Assembly: GCA_002189035.1 (NCBI GenBank)
Contig: CM007992.1
Span: 1,302,001-1,366,000, forward strand
DNA: 64,000 nt
Source of the DNA: Utricularia gibba
Lineage: Eukaryota; Plantae; Magnoliophyta
Reading direction: 5' to 3'
In this document: positions 1-11,615 of the stretch, one piece after another
Layout: each line of letters starts with the position of its first letter
Position numbering within the stretch: the first letter of the stretch is position 1
Notes under the pieces: model-generated
The model's database searches: none
Seen by the model: only the letters and a program-made list of their open reading frames with translations
What the model was told of the DNA's origin: nothing
Position numbers and translations under genes: made by a program

Positions 1-1787
1 ATTTCGGTCTTATTGGTAAGGCTAAAGGGGGAGAGCTTCTTCTAAAACTGGGGTTTCAGATCATGGAGAAGGATGGAGGATTCGAGATTTTCCGGCAGGC
101 GCAGGGGGAGAAACCGGCAGACAGAACTGCTCGGAGTCAATCCAAGACATCCTTCAGTGTTCCGAGTCCCAAGCTGTCTGGTCGCGCAGGACCTTGGAGT
201 CCTCGCAGTCCACAGAGAGCTTCTTCTGCCGCCGAGCTTCAAGAGATTGATGATCTAAATCTTGATGAACCTGCTCCCGCTCCTCCTCATCCTCCACAAA
301 CCTCAAATACCAAGAACCTGGAGGAAAAAGCAGAGGAGAATGATTTCCCTGATTTCGATGTAGTTGACAAGGGTGTGGAGATTGAGGTCAAAGAGAAAGA
401 CCGTGGAGAGGAAGAAGATGAGGAGCACTCGGACAACTTTTCTGACAAGGGAACAGTTTCGAGTGAAGTTGTTAAGGAAGTTGTCCAGGATCCTTACCAC
501 GTCAATCGGCTGTCAGAGCTCGACTCCATTGCTCTGCAGATCAAGGCTCTGGAATCTATGATGGGAGAGGATATGGTTGAAGCTGAAAAGAATGACGAAG
601 AAGAAGCTCCAGCGCAGTTGCTGGATGCGGATGAAGATAAAGTGACGAGGGAGTTTCTTCAGCTACTTGAAGATGATGTTCAAGACTTCGAATTCAAGAG
701 CCTGAATCCCGGTGATGGTCTTGCTCTTAAATTGTCAGGGAGCAACGAAGAGGGGGAAACTGAGGCTTTCCTGAGTGATTTGGGGAAAGGATTGGGATCC
801 ATTGTTCAGACCGGAAACCGAGGATTCTTGGCAGCCATGAATCCACTGGACACTCCGGTAGCTAGAAAAGATACACCGAAGCTTGCCATGCAGTTATCCA
901 AGCCAATGGTGATTCGATCAGAGAAAGTTTCTGGTTTTGAGTTGTTCCAGAAAATTGCTGCAGTGGGGCTGCAAGAACTCACCTCTGGGATTCTCTCAGT
1001 GATGCCTATGGATGAGCTCATGGGGAAAACGGCAGAGCAGATTGCATTTGAAGGTATTGCATCGGCGATCATTCTCGGCAGAAATAAAGAAGGAGCAAGT
1101 TCCAGTGCTGCACGCACCGTCGGCGCCCTGAAGTCCATGGCGAATGCGATGAACGTCGGTCGTAAAGATCGGATTTCCTCCGGAATATGGAATGTGGGCG
1201 AGGATCCTTTAACTGTGGACGAGATTCTACCGTTTTCCATCCAAAAAATCGAGAGCATGGCCATGGAAGCGCTGAAAATCCAAGCAGACGCCACCGAAGA
1301 AGAAGCTCCCTTCGACGTTTCACCCGGAAAAGCTTCCGATAATATGTTCACCTCCGCAGTTCCAGTCGACGACTGGGCGAAGGAGAACAAAAACAAGGCG
1401 GCAGAGGCGATCACGGTCGCCGTAGTCATCCAACTGCGTGATCCCCTGAGGCAATACGAGGCCGTCGGCGGCCCGATGCTTGCGCTTATCCAAGTCAGCG
1501 CCGCCGTGGGAGAGAAAGCCGAGGAAGCGAACAAGTATAAAGTTGGGAGCCTTCAAGTGGGTGGAGTGAAGGTGAGAAATCCAGGGAAAAGCAACTCTTG
1601 GGACGGAGAGAAACAAGAGCTGACGGCATTGCAATGGCTTGTGGCGCACGGGCTCGCGAAGGCGGGTAGCAAGAAGGGGAAACGCCCGCCGGCGAAGGGA
1701 TCCGACGTCTTGTGGAGCTTGACGGCGCGTGTGATGGCGGACATGTGGCTGACACCCATCAGAAATCCGGACGTGAAGCTCACGTAG
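1..1787 (+). CDS. PMI1: PLASTID MOVEMENT IMPAIRED 1 (NT-C2 domain protein); 5'-truncated by the window edge, intronless here
   Basis: Frame is open from position 3 (FGLIGKAKGGELLLKLGFQIMEKDGG, the end of the PMI1 NT-C2 region). It continues through PMI1-typical motifs LSELDSIALQIKALESMM, LSDLGKGLG..VQT...GFLAAMNP, AFEGIASAII, QLRDPLRQYEAVGGPMLALI and MADMWL.PIRNPDVK to TAG at 1785-1787. Confidence 0.93.
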   Translation, partial: FGLIGKAKGGELLLKLGFQIMEKDGGFEIFRQAQGEKPADRTARSQSKTSFSVPSPKLSGRAGPWSPRSPQRASSAAELQEIDDLNLDEPAPAPPHPPQTSNTKNLEEKAEENDFPDFDVVDKGVEIEVKEKDRGEEEDEEHSDNFSDKGTVSSEVVKEVVQDPYHVNRLSELDSIALQIKALESMMGEDMVEAEKNDEEEAPAQLLDADEDKVTREFLQLLEDDVQDFEFKSLNPGDGLALKLSGSNEEGETEAFLSDLGKGLGSIVQTGNRGFLAAMNPLDTPVARKDTPKLAMQLSKPMVIRSEKVSGFELFQKIAAVGLQELTSGILSVMPMDELMGKTAEQIAFEGIASAIILGRNKEGASSSAARTVGALKSMANAMNVGRKDRISSGIWNVGEDPLTVDEILPFSIQKIESMAMEALKIQADATEEEAPFDVSPGKASDNMFTSAVPVDDWAKENKNKAAEAITVAVVIQLRDPLRQYEAVGGPMLALIQVSAAVGEKAEEANKYKVGSLQVGGVKVRNPGKSNSWDGEKQELTALQWLVAHGLAKAGSKKGKRPPAKGSDVLWSLTARVMADMWLTPIRNPDVKLT

Positions 1788-2621
1788 AAAGAAGCAAACG
1801 AAGGTCAAATTCTAATTGCTTTTGCAAGGAATGAAACGATGAAAGGGGTATATAAACAGCGGTGTGAAAAAATGTTTTCTTGATATTTTCAATTGAGAGT
1901 TTATGTTGACTCAATCAATTATGTTAATATATTTTATGTTTTTTATAATAAAAGTATAGAAATTAAATAATATTTAATTTAAAAATAAGAATTTGAATTA
2001 TATAAAAATAAATATATATTCATATTCTATATTTTTTATACGCTATATTTTACAAAATGAGAATGTAATAGAAAAATATACTTAGAAATGTACTAAAATA
2101 ATATTTTAGGACATGTACATGTATTGATTTTTAATTTTCATTTTCACGTAAAATTCCAAATCTATCATCTAGTTAAAAATAAATTGTTGATTTTAAAGGA
2201 TAAACATATAAATTAGTGTTCTCTAAAATTTTTAAAATCTTTTTTTATTTTTCAGAAGTAAAAATAGTTTTGTTTTAAAATAATTTTAATTATAAAATTA
2301 ATTCTATTAAAAATATTTTTAAAATTATAACTACAAAAGTTATTTTTGAAAAAAAATAATTGATTAATTCTACTCTTATTTTTACTTTTTAAAAATAATT
2401 TTAAAAAATAAAAATAGATTTCAAAAATTTTCCAAAATACTGATCAAATTTGTAATAAAAAGTAAAATAAAAAGGTAAACTTGACTCAATACTACTTAAT
2501 TGAAAAATTAGTAGTAAATAAAATGTTATTTTGTTATGATTTACTTTTTCATTCTTTTTATTAGGGGGAAGTACAAAAAAAAAAAGTAAGAATATGCCCT
2601 AAGCTTTTGACAGAAATTCAT

Positions 2622-5600
2622 TCAGTTTTGGAAATCATCGGTTACAACATTTGGCTGCACAGCTCCTTGTTTATCATTTGGTGAGGAGAGCGTGTACCTT
2701 CCTCTTTCCATGGTGAGCACTCCCTTCAGTTTCGAAACCTGCACATCATGCCCTCCGACCTTCTCAAACCGGAGTTGCTGCGCCAGTTGGACGTCAATAT
2801 CGATCACCGGAGCATCATCCTTCGTGTATGGAATGAAGACCTCCCTGCCCTCTGAGTAGTAGCTCAATGGAAGTGAAGTTTGGGAAGCCCCCAGCTTGTA
2901 CCTTAGTGCTTCAGGAAACTGAACCGAGTAGAAATCATCATTTTTTCATTGACCCCAGCTCAAGAAGATGGTATTGAAGAGAAGGTGAACAGTACCAGGA
3001 CCTGTCGTGGTTGCAATGTCTTCAGGAGATTGTGTGTTTTGTCTGGCCTGAGAAAAGGTGATTGGCAAGTTGCAAACCATCAGCACGAGAATGGATGCAT
3101 TTCCAGGTAAAAAACAATTCTTATCGAGGAACAGACTATGCTTGGAACTGTGGCGGTGCTAAAAGCTAAAGGAAACAGAAAGCTCCGGCAAGAAGAAAAG
3201 GTGAAGAATAAGAAAAATACTGTTGTTCGGAGATAAATGAGCACTTGAGAACTTGTATTTCGACCGGCTTGAAAGGTAACAAAGCAAGCTCGGCATCCAC
3301 TTCTTCCTGCTCACCAATCAAAACACGCAGAACCAATCACAATGTCTATGATGCTCTCAAAGTTGTATCCTACCAGAAGGTGAAGTGAAAGGAAATCTTG
3401 TAGGGGCATGTAGTGAAGTAAAATGACCTCCAGAACAATTAGGGAATTTTTATCTCCACACCATCTTCGCAGCAAATGAACGACAGGTCCAAGCCGTAGA
3501 CTCCAGTGTGGACAAAAGACGATGCAAGGTTCCTGCCAAGTTTTTCTATGTACTGGTGTTAGCAAGCAAGCAAACAAATGAAAAAAAAAATCGTAATAGC
3601 AATTCCCAACAAGCCAGCAACCACGTATTCCAACAATTGAACAGGTGCCTATTGTGTATAGAAAAGCCAGGTTCTCGCACAAAACATCAAGTGCATATTA
3701 AAGTGGCAGAAGGCTTTTCGCAGATAGAATGTGCAGATATTCGATAAATCTTACAAAAGCTTGACCGAATGAACAGCAGAAAATACATTAAGTCTTCCAT
3801 CTTTTAACATCTCCAGATGAGTAAACAATGGATGTCCACTGCAGAGCTATTACATTGAAAAGAAGGAAAGTGCTAAAAACGGCAAAGAGGTTTATTCCAA
3901 GGCTATGAATACGAAGCTGCAACACTTTAATGAGATGTACCTGGTTTTGCAGTTCATGGTGCAACCATTCCGGAATGATACTAGTAAATGCCATTAGTTC
4001 TTCTGCGACAGAAGAAATGAAAAAAATGGGCACCTGCAGCAAAAGGACTCGCTTAGGCAACTGCAAGAGAAAAACATTTTAAAACTTCAAATAAATGACG
4101 ACGGAAATGAGTGAATCTAAACAAAACTATTACAATCAATGTAAACTATATAATATGATTCAGAAAAGATGTTTTGGTATGTAGAATGGGATAACCAAAC
4201 AAAATTTGAAAAACATCCCTGGGAAATTAGAAATAAATCGTGTAGCTTCTGATCAACACTTGAATGAAATGCTGAACTTGAAATGAATAAATAAAATGAA
4301 ATTTTGGGGAAAAAAAGAAGGTAGGAAAACAGGTATCGTTAAGAGAATTTTTCCAGCAGTGTATGGGGTTAATTCATTTTAAAGAGTTTGAGAATAATCT
4401 TGTTCTAGTTAATTCAATATACCTGAACATCCTCTGATGCTAAGCGGCGTGATAACTGCTCCAGTAGCAGCAGAATGATCCCAACACATCCCAAAGGTAT
4501 CAAAACAGAACCACCAGCTCTTACAGAGTTGATGGAGCAGGCGCATATGAAATCTATCTTCTCCATCATCTCCATGTATTCATGAACATCTTGCAATGAG
4601 GCACTTCAAACAAGATTTAAATTCACAAACCATATCGGGTTTACTGATAATTAAACTACCAAGGAGGGGAAATGGTAGCAGGCAAGCGAGTACCTTGAAT
4701 TTGGAATGTGGGCATCAGCTGAGCTCGAAGAATCATCATCAGATCTACCTGGACAATTCAGACAATTGATGTCTGAATAGATAATGGCATCAGCTGTCTG
4801 GACAGCCATAAGGTCAAAATTCATTGCAGCAGATGATGAAAATAGAGCATTTGGAATCCAGGCAATACTTGCTTTCGGTACTGAGATAGTCCAATTACAT
4901 GAGCCTATTTCAAATCCGGAACTAAATGCTTTTATGATCAAAGTGCCATCATGGCAAAATTCCTCAGCCAGCTTAAGAGAACGAACATTCAGCATGCAGG
5001 ACTTCACATCAGCTGCGCTGGATGTAGTCCTCGTTAGATCTTATGCTAGGAATATATAATAATTAACATCAAAAGAGAGCTTAAAACGAAAGAAGAATTT
5101 GTATAAATAAAATCAGCCCGTCAGCATAGACTAATAGAGATTTAAGTAGTCATAAGAAAATAAAGCAGCATATCCAATCATATTTCACACAGAGCAATAT
5201 AAAAACCTTAAGTATTATACCTGTAGAGCGGCATCCAACCTCCAAACTTGTTCCCATTCTCACCACATATAATCCGTTTCAATTCTTGAGGGAGCAATTC
5301 AAGTTCATCCCATGCCATCCAATGAGGGTTAATCGATCCAGGTCCATAAAATTGCTTATATTCTTTATGCATGTCAACAAGATCATCCATCATTAGTTTC
5401 CCAAGTCTAGCTGCAGCCTCCGTAGCATATACCTGAGAACCACCTCACACCATAAGCAACATAATATCATATTGTTTTTTTTTAAAGGAATACGAAACCG
5501 AACGTAAGCACAACTTCACTTACCTTGGCTGAGAAATCATCAATACGGGTCAGAAATGGCAACCCAAGCATGCCTCTATGGCTTGATATCAACACAAAAT

Positions 5601-6073
5601 CAATGGATGAAACATTGAATAATTGCATACTCTTCACAGTTCTATAAAGGGGCTCGGCACAAATCAAACTGTTCACATCAAGATGCTCACTTTCATCGTT
5701 CAAGTGCAATCCTGGACTGTTTTCACCGGATAAAATTTTCTCGTTTTCATATATCCCTTTCGACTTAACAGGGATAGGAGAGAAGACAGCCAGAGGTGAA
5801 AGATCCAAGGGGCAATCCAGCAGCACCCGAAAACCACCTATATCCAAAATGTGGCAGGATGGAAAATTTGAACCACTCCCATTGCTTAAGCATGTCTGGA
5901 GTAAAAAAAAATTTACATATCAGATCAAAGGAACTACTCGGGAAGGAGAAATGTGGAAAAATCAAGAAGACAACACATAATGATCACGCACGAAGTAAGA
6001 GAAATACAATTTTCATCTAAAAAGACCCACACAGAAATGGGATTCCACAACACAGGAAGCTTACAAACTCCAT
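2622..6073 (-). CDS. INTS9: Integrator complex subunit 9 (metallo-beta-lactamase/beta-CASP family), about 11 coding exons
   Basis: Spliced by eye with GT-AG introns and consistent phases: MEF|TCLSNGSGSNFPSCHILDIGGFRVLLDCPLDLS...|VYATEAAARLGKLMMDDLV...|...GFEIGSCNWTI...|...GGSVLIPLG...|VPIFFISSVAEEL...IIPEWL|...WQEPCIVFCPHWSLRLGPVVHLLRRWCGD...|EEVDAELALLPFKP...|FPEALR...LKGVLTMERG; stop TGA at 2622-2624. Confidence 0.9.
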
Positions 6074-7600
6074 TAAACTCGACTGTGCAAAAAATATCCA
6101 CAAGGAAATGGGATTCCACGGCCTAGAAAGCGCAAAGAGTCAAAACGGGCAGAAGGGGCACGCTATCCTATTGGATTGAAATCCACCATCATAGCAAAAA
6201 CTCCCGACGCTAAACACGGCGGCACCCCGGCGCCCAGAGAGCGGCGAATGCAGGCGGCATAACGTTCGCTTGTGCCCCATCATCCACAACAATACAACAT
6301 CACGAAAGCGCCGGGGAAAATGTAGGAGTTTCGAAAATTGGTTTAGGGTATTTTAAATTATACCAAAACTTGTTTGCAAATTAATTTTAAATTATATTTA
6401 ATATTTTTAAAAACATTATATTTTAGTAATTAAAATTTCTCATCTGAAATTTATTTTCAAGTGCTACAACGGAGTTTAATGGTATTTTAAAATAATCTAT
6501 ATTTTTTTAAGATTGTATTTTTAAATAGTTATAATGAAGTTTATTGTATTTTTTAATATATTATTTTTAATCATCTATAACGATATTTAGTAATATTTCA
6601 AAATAAAGTATATTTTCAAAATATTATTTCTAAACAACTCAAATGAAAATTAGAAATGCATAGGAATTTATCAATATTATTATTACATTTGATGACAAAT
6701 AAAAATTTCAGATGAATGATTCATATATTATTTAACGAATTAATTTTTTTAATATTATTATATAAAGATTTCAAAATTTCATAGTACCAAAATACTGACT
6801 GGATTTTATAAATATTTTGAATAAATATGATAAAAAATGCAAAAATTGATGACTAACAAAATTAAAGAATAGGTCCTTAAAATATTGTTTTACATGCATC
6901 TAGTCTCCTCATTTGCATGGAGATCATGTTGCCATACCGCGTGGCTCGTGGCGTCCACAGGAACCAAGCCACAGAAAGAAACCAAGTTCCTGAAAAAGAT
7001 CAAATCTGGCAAATGGGATTAAATGGTTTGGGCACCAGTTTTAATGCTCAAGAAGTCATCTGCGACATCATGGTGTTTCGCCCTCATGAGACCAAAGCTC
7101 GGGAGGACACTAAACGGGTCAGATACAGAAGGATTCGTTCACCCCAAATGTATATATAAACAATGTGCAGATCGATGTTCTATTCCTAGAACGTGGTGGA
7201 AGCAGAACTGCCACAGCATACAAGCAGCATTCATTACACAGACACCATTTCATCACTTTCACGGGCATAGAAATGTGTGTAGTCGCCACACACTTCCAGA
7301 TTATCATGATCATGCTCTAGCCTAGTCACAGTCTAACCAAAATGCCATCATTCAAGGTAAATATTCTAAAAAAACCTCAAAGAATGAGCATAGAAAGCAT
7401 CTATAAATAGGCAGCAGCCTTGGTGTCCCATACTGTGATTGTCTTTGAGTTTATTTCGAATTCGCTTACTTACCTTCACAAAAACAGTGAAAGAAAGCGC
7501 CATAAATTAATGTACCATTTTTCTATAACGCAAGCAGCCAACCAGAAAAAAGCTGGCTCATGCTATGGCCAGCTTCCAATGAGCGACCCAATGTGAGTAG

Positions 7601-9657
7601 CTACGTCTCTGAAAATAAATAAGCCGAATGCCTTTCCACAATGAGCTTGATAAGTGGCTCCTCAACATCAGCATCTGCTTGAGTCTTGTCCCTTGCAACA
7701 ACAATGTTACCGCTCTTCGTAACGACCGTGACTTCCTCTTTACGAGTCAGAAGCTCATTAGCAACCACCATGTGGACATTGTAGTTTTTAAGGGCAACTG
7801 CAGCCTTGTCAAGAAGAATCTGGGCATCTGTCTCCAACTACAACATTGGACAAAGACACAGCATCACAAGACTATCAACATTTTCGAGTGAACAACCTTC
7901 ATCATCAGCCTATACGTTTACATGCTAATTCATCATGTCATATGTCATAGGAAGTAATACAACATAGTTGATGCAGGTTACGCAAATGTGGCACTGATCA
8001 AGCACTTGAAAAAGGCTCCGTCACTGACAAAAAACAAGGAGAGCGCAATCTCACCTTAAAGGATATGCAAAAGGCCGATGGTGCCCAATCCGTCCTCAAT
8101 ATTGAAAGCATTTTAGGCACTTGAGCAAGTCGCATGTCGAGGGGACCAGAACTAGACTGAATTTTATGCATTGTCTGGTTAATAAAAGGATGTCAGGGCA
8201 TTGTTCACTCATATGCGAAAAGATCCAAAAAAAAAAAAAATAGAACTGCCATAAATTAGCTATACTCAGACTAAAAATCTCGGAATTATTTGTTAACCAA
8301 AATGAAACAATAATTAAAATTTAGCATATCTTGTTAAGATGAGCATGCTAGTTATTTTCGCTTCTCAAGATTTAAGATCTAGAATATGGTGTTATGAGTA
8401 GCTGATTTTTACCATTGTCTCCCAAGGAACATAAAAATCAGAAACTGCTGCAGCCAGATAAAACATAGCACGATCACCCAAATTCCTCAATGAAAGTGCT
8501 ACCAACTGCAGAATCTGCACAATATAAATCATTGAACATAATTTTCTTCAACCTCCAATGGTGGACAATAACTCCTCAAAAAGCATATAAAATACGAACG
8601 TTGAAGTTCATAAGATAGACAATCAGTGTTTTGAGAGCAAAATGACCTGAAGATACTCAAAAATCGTTGTAAAGGGAGCTTCAGTAAGGTGTCCTGAGTA
8701 ACAGCCTGTGAAAGAGTTGCATCCATGTTCAGTGTTCCTATCATATCAGCTGCTAGCATCAGAATGATGAAAAATATGATAGAAAGTGGGTGCTCACTGC
8801 ACGATGGTTACCGATGGCCCTCTTCACCGCTAACTCGTGAATTGGATCCACTAGCAAAACAAACATCAAATTTTCCTATTAGTAAAAAGGAAATCCTCTC
8901 GAGTACAGTAAGATACTACTTAGAAAATGGAGAGGGTACTTACCAGTTACAGTTGAGTTACCAGTTACTTGAAAGCATTCGACTATGGGATCTTCAGGAA
9001 GAGCCCTGCAATATGGCTGGCAAGATCCTCTGCTTGCAGTTAAAGCAAGAAAGGAGAAAGTAAAGTTTTGAGTATTTTTCCAATGCTCTGCAAATGTAAC
9101 TAGAATCACCAAGGACCCACCTGCGGTAGAGAAATATAACAGAGTATCCAGCCTTCAGAAAGTATCTGAAATCACAAAAAAACAGTTCAATGCAACTAGA
9201 AAGAAAAACTCAATTTCATTTGACCTGACGATGGACTTACTCAGTGGATGCTGCTCCTCTATGACCTGAGCTGAAATTATCTATATAACGAACACATCTT
9301 TGTTCCAAAGGAACAGTAGTCCCCCAGATGTCACACACACGACTCTGCCAGCCCTTCCATCCTCTGGAAAACAATTACAAAGCTAACGATGTTAAAAACA
9401 GAATGTAAAGTCTAGGTAGATGTCAGAACAAGACTGAAACGTAGCATTATGAGCAGTAATAGAAAGAAAACCGAATTGCACAATGGAACTATCTGTGAAT
9501 CAGTATTTAACTTGCCTCCACGTGAACAGTTTATTTCAATAAAACTTTGCAACTTTCTCTTAATATCATCACTATCTTTTAGAGAAGGAGCGTGGTCAAA
9601 GAAAGATTTGATTTCCTCATAATGTGTCATCATTGCTGAACCGTTTCTGGCGTCCAT
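7601..9657 (-). CDS. PPCS: Phosphopantothenate--cysteine ligase (CoA biosynthesis); a 1-nt frameshift appears in one internal exon
   Basis: Exons encode MDARNG...[91 protein letters not shown] and [12 protein letters not shown]...[15 protein letters not shown]. These match eukaryotic PPCS motifs. Confidence 0.92.
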
Positions 9658-11615
9658 CAAAAGAATCTGCTAGTGCTGAAAACAAGAATCGAGAATTTAA
9701 GATTGCATAGATAATCTCAAGCGTTTACTACCAACATTGTTTCCTGTATCAAATCTCTCATCATCCCATGATTTGCAAACAAAAAAAAAACAGAAGCATG
9801 CAGATCAAAGAAAAAAGCAGAAAAAGATAGTCTTCATTTCTCCAAAAAAATTATAAATAAATCTCACTTTTCAGTGAGAAGCGTGTCCTATTTTGAAAAG
9901 CAACAGAAGCTAATACCTCTCCCTCCCTACTCACAAGTATAAATAGGACATCGGGCGCGTAGATCCAGACTGAAGTCCAATTAATGTCCAAGTACATAGC
10001 CGTAACGTGCAGTACCCATGAAAGTTGATAGACGCAAAAACCCCCCACCTACACAGCAATCAAAAATCAATCACCACATTCAATCATAGCCCTACGCTCC
10101 AATACATCCTTAGCTTCAGCAAATTGTGAGCAGTTAAACTCCCCTAAATAACAATAAATGATCAAGTAGGCCAGTAGGTAGAATTTTGAGACATCTAGAA
10201 GGATCCTCATATTTACGCATGTGCTTTGGAGATGAGGAGGATTGAAAGGAACTCTGGTGTTCACTTTCGAGTGATGTTGATGGTCGCAAATCAACATCTA
10301 GAAATTTGATGGCATTTATAGGAGGAGGGTGTCATGGCAGTCAATGCTACATTAATATTTTGCTTTATCACCGATTGAAGAGAAATATAATACGGCTACT
10401 GAAGCCTACAAGGAATGAAGAATAAGTTCTTGAGAACTCTTGGCATTAAGCCAGGGGAATAAGAGTTAGTGTCCGAGAGTAAGACTGCATCCATCTCGAA
10501 AACAATGGTTCACATGCACTTGGAAAAAGATCCATACGAAGGAAAATGGATCTAATACGGTGATGAAGATGCAACCTAAAGGGATTTTTTACTTCAATTT
10601 AATAGCTATCGGATTGAAAAATTCATCCATGTCTGGAAGGGGAGAATTGAATGAGTCCCTCCTCCACACAACAAAAGGGGTGCGTGACTCAGCACCAATC
10701 TGGACGGAAAAACTGAAAAGGAGGAAAGCGCCGAGATCGGCGGCCGGTGGAGAATTATCGAAGATGGGTGGGGTTTTCAGGCAGCTGCTAGCAGTTGCCG
10801 TCTGAGGTTAGGAAACACTAGGGATTACCTATGGAACGTTAAATTTTCGAGTTGAGGGTGCGCCGGTGAGTGATTTGGTTGCTAATTCGATCGAACAAAT
10901 TATGACCGAATTCCGATTTTCAGTTTTCCGGGCCAAGATATTAAATTTCATGGGTGAAGAGTTCAATCATTCACACGATCGCGAATGTAGAACTGAAGAA
11001 CACAGTATCTTTTTTTTCAATGGCAACTGAAGAACACAGTATCGTTTCCCATTTCCTAAACCTTGGAAAACGATACGCAGTTCAAATTAAGGTTTTTTCC
11101 ACTGAATCAGTGCCAATTCTCAAGACCATGCTTGCACAACAGGGAGTATTTTGGTAGGATCTCGACAACGTTTACAACACAGAAAGGAAAGAACCAAGGC
11201 AGGAGATGCGATTTGAGTAAGAAAATCAGTCAAGTAAATACCTGCTGAATGCGAGCTCCCTCCGTTCGGAGTTGAGGGTGGTAGCGATTCCCGGCGACGA
11301 GTGTGGTGCCCTCTACAGTCGAGCCAGCCAATTTGTCTCTCTATCTCCGTCTAAACATTCTAATCTACTATTTTTTTTATAATTAAAATTACATTTCTAA
11401 ATTTTAAAAATTAAAAAAAACAAACAAAACAAAACAAAATAAGCACTAACTAACTTGATCCTTTTCCTACGTGTCAGTCGTGCAAATTTACCTTAAAAAA
11501 TCTGCCTGCGTTAATGCAACTCGTACGGATCTGAATGAATCGCCGGCGCTACAAGGAAAAAGGATTAAACACGGGAGACGTGGTGGTGGCAGCCGCAGCC
11601 CACGTCACCTTCCGA

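Noticed and set aside
6917-7325. Short ORFs downstream of PPCS
   Set aside because: No recognisable motifs; probably 3'UTR or intergenic sequence.
10991-11043. 19-bp direct repeat AACTGAAGAACACAGTATC (two copies)
   Set aside because: A simple local duplication, with no array or element structure.
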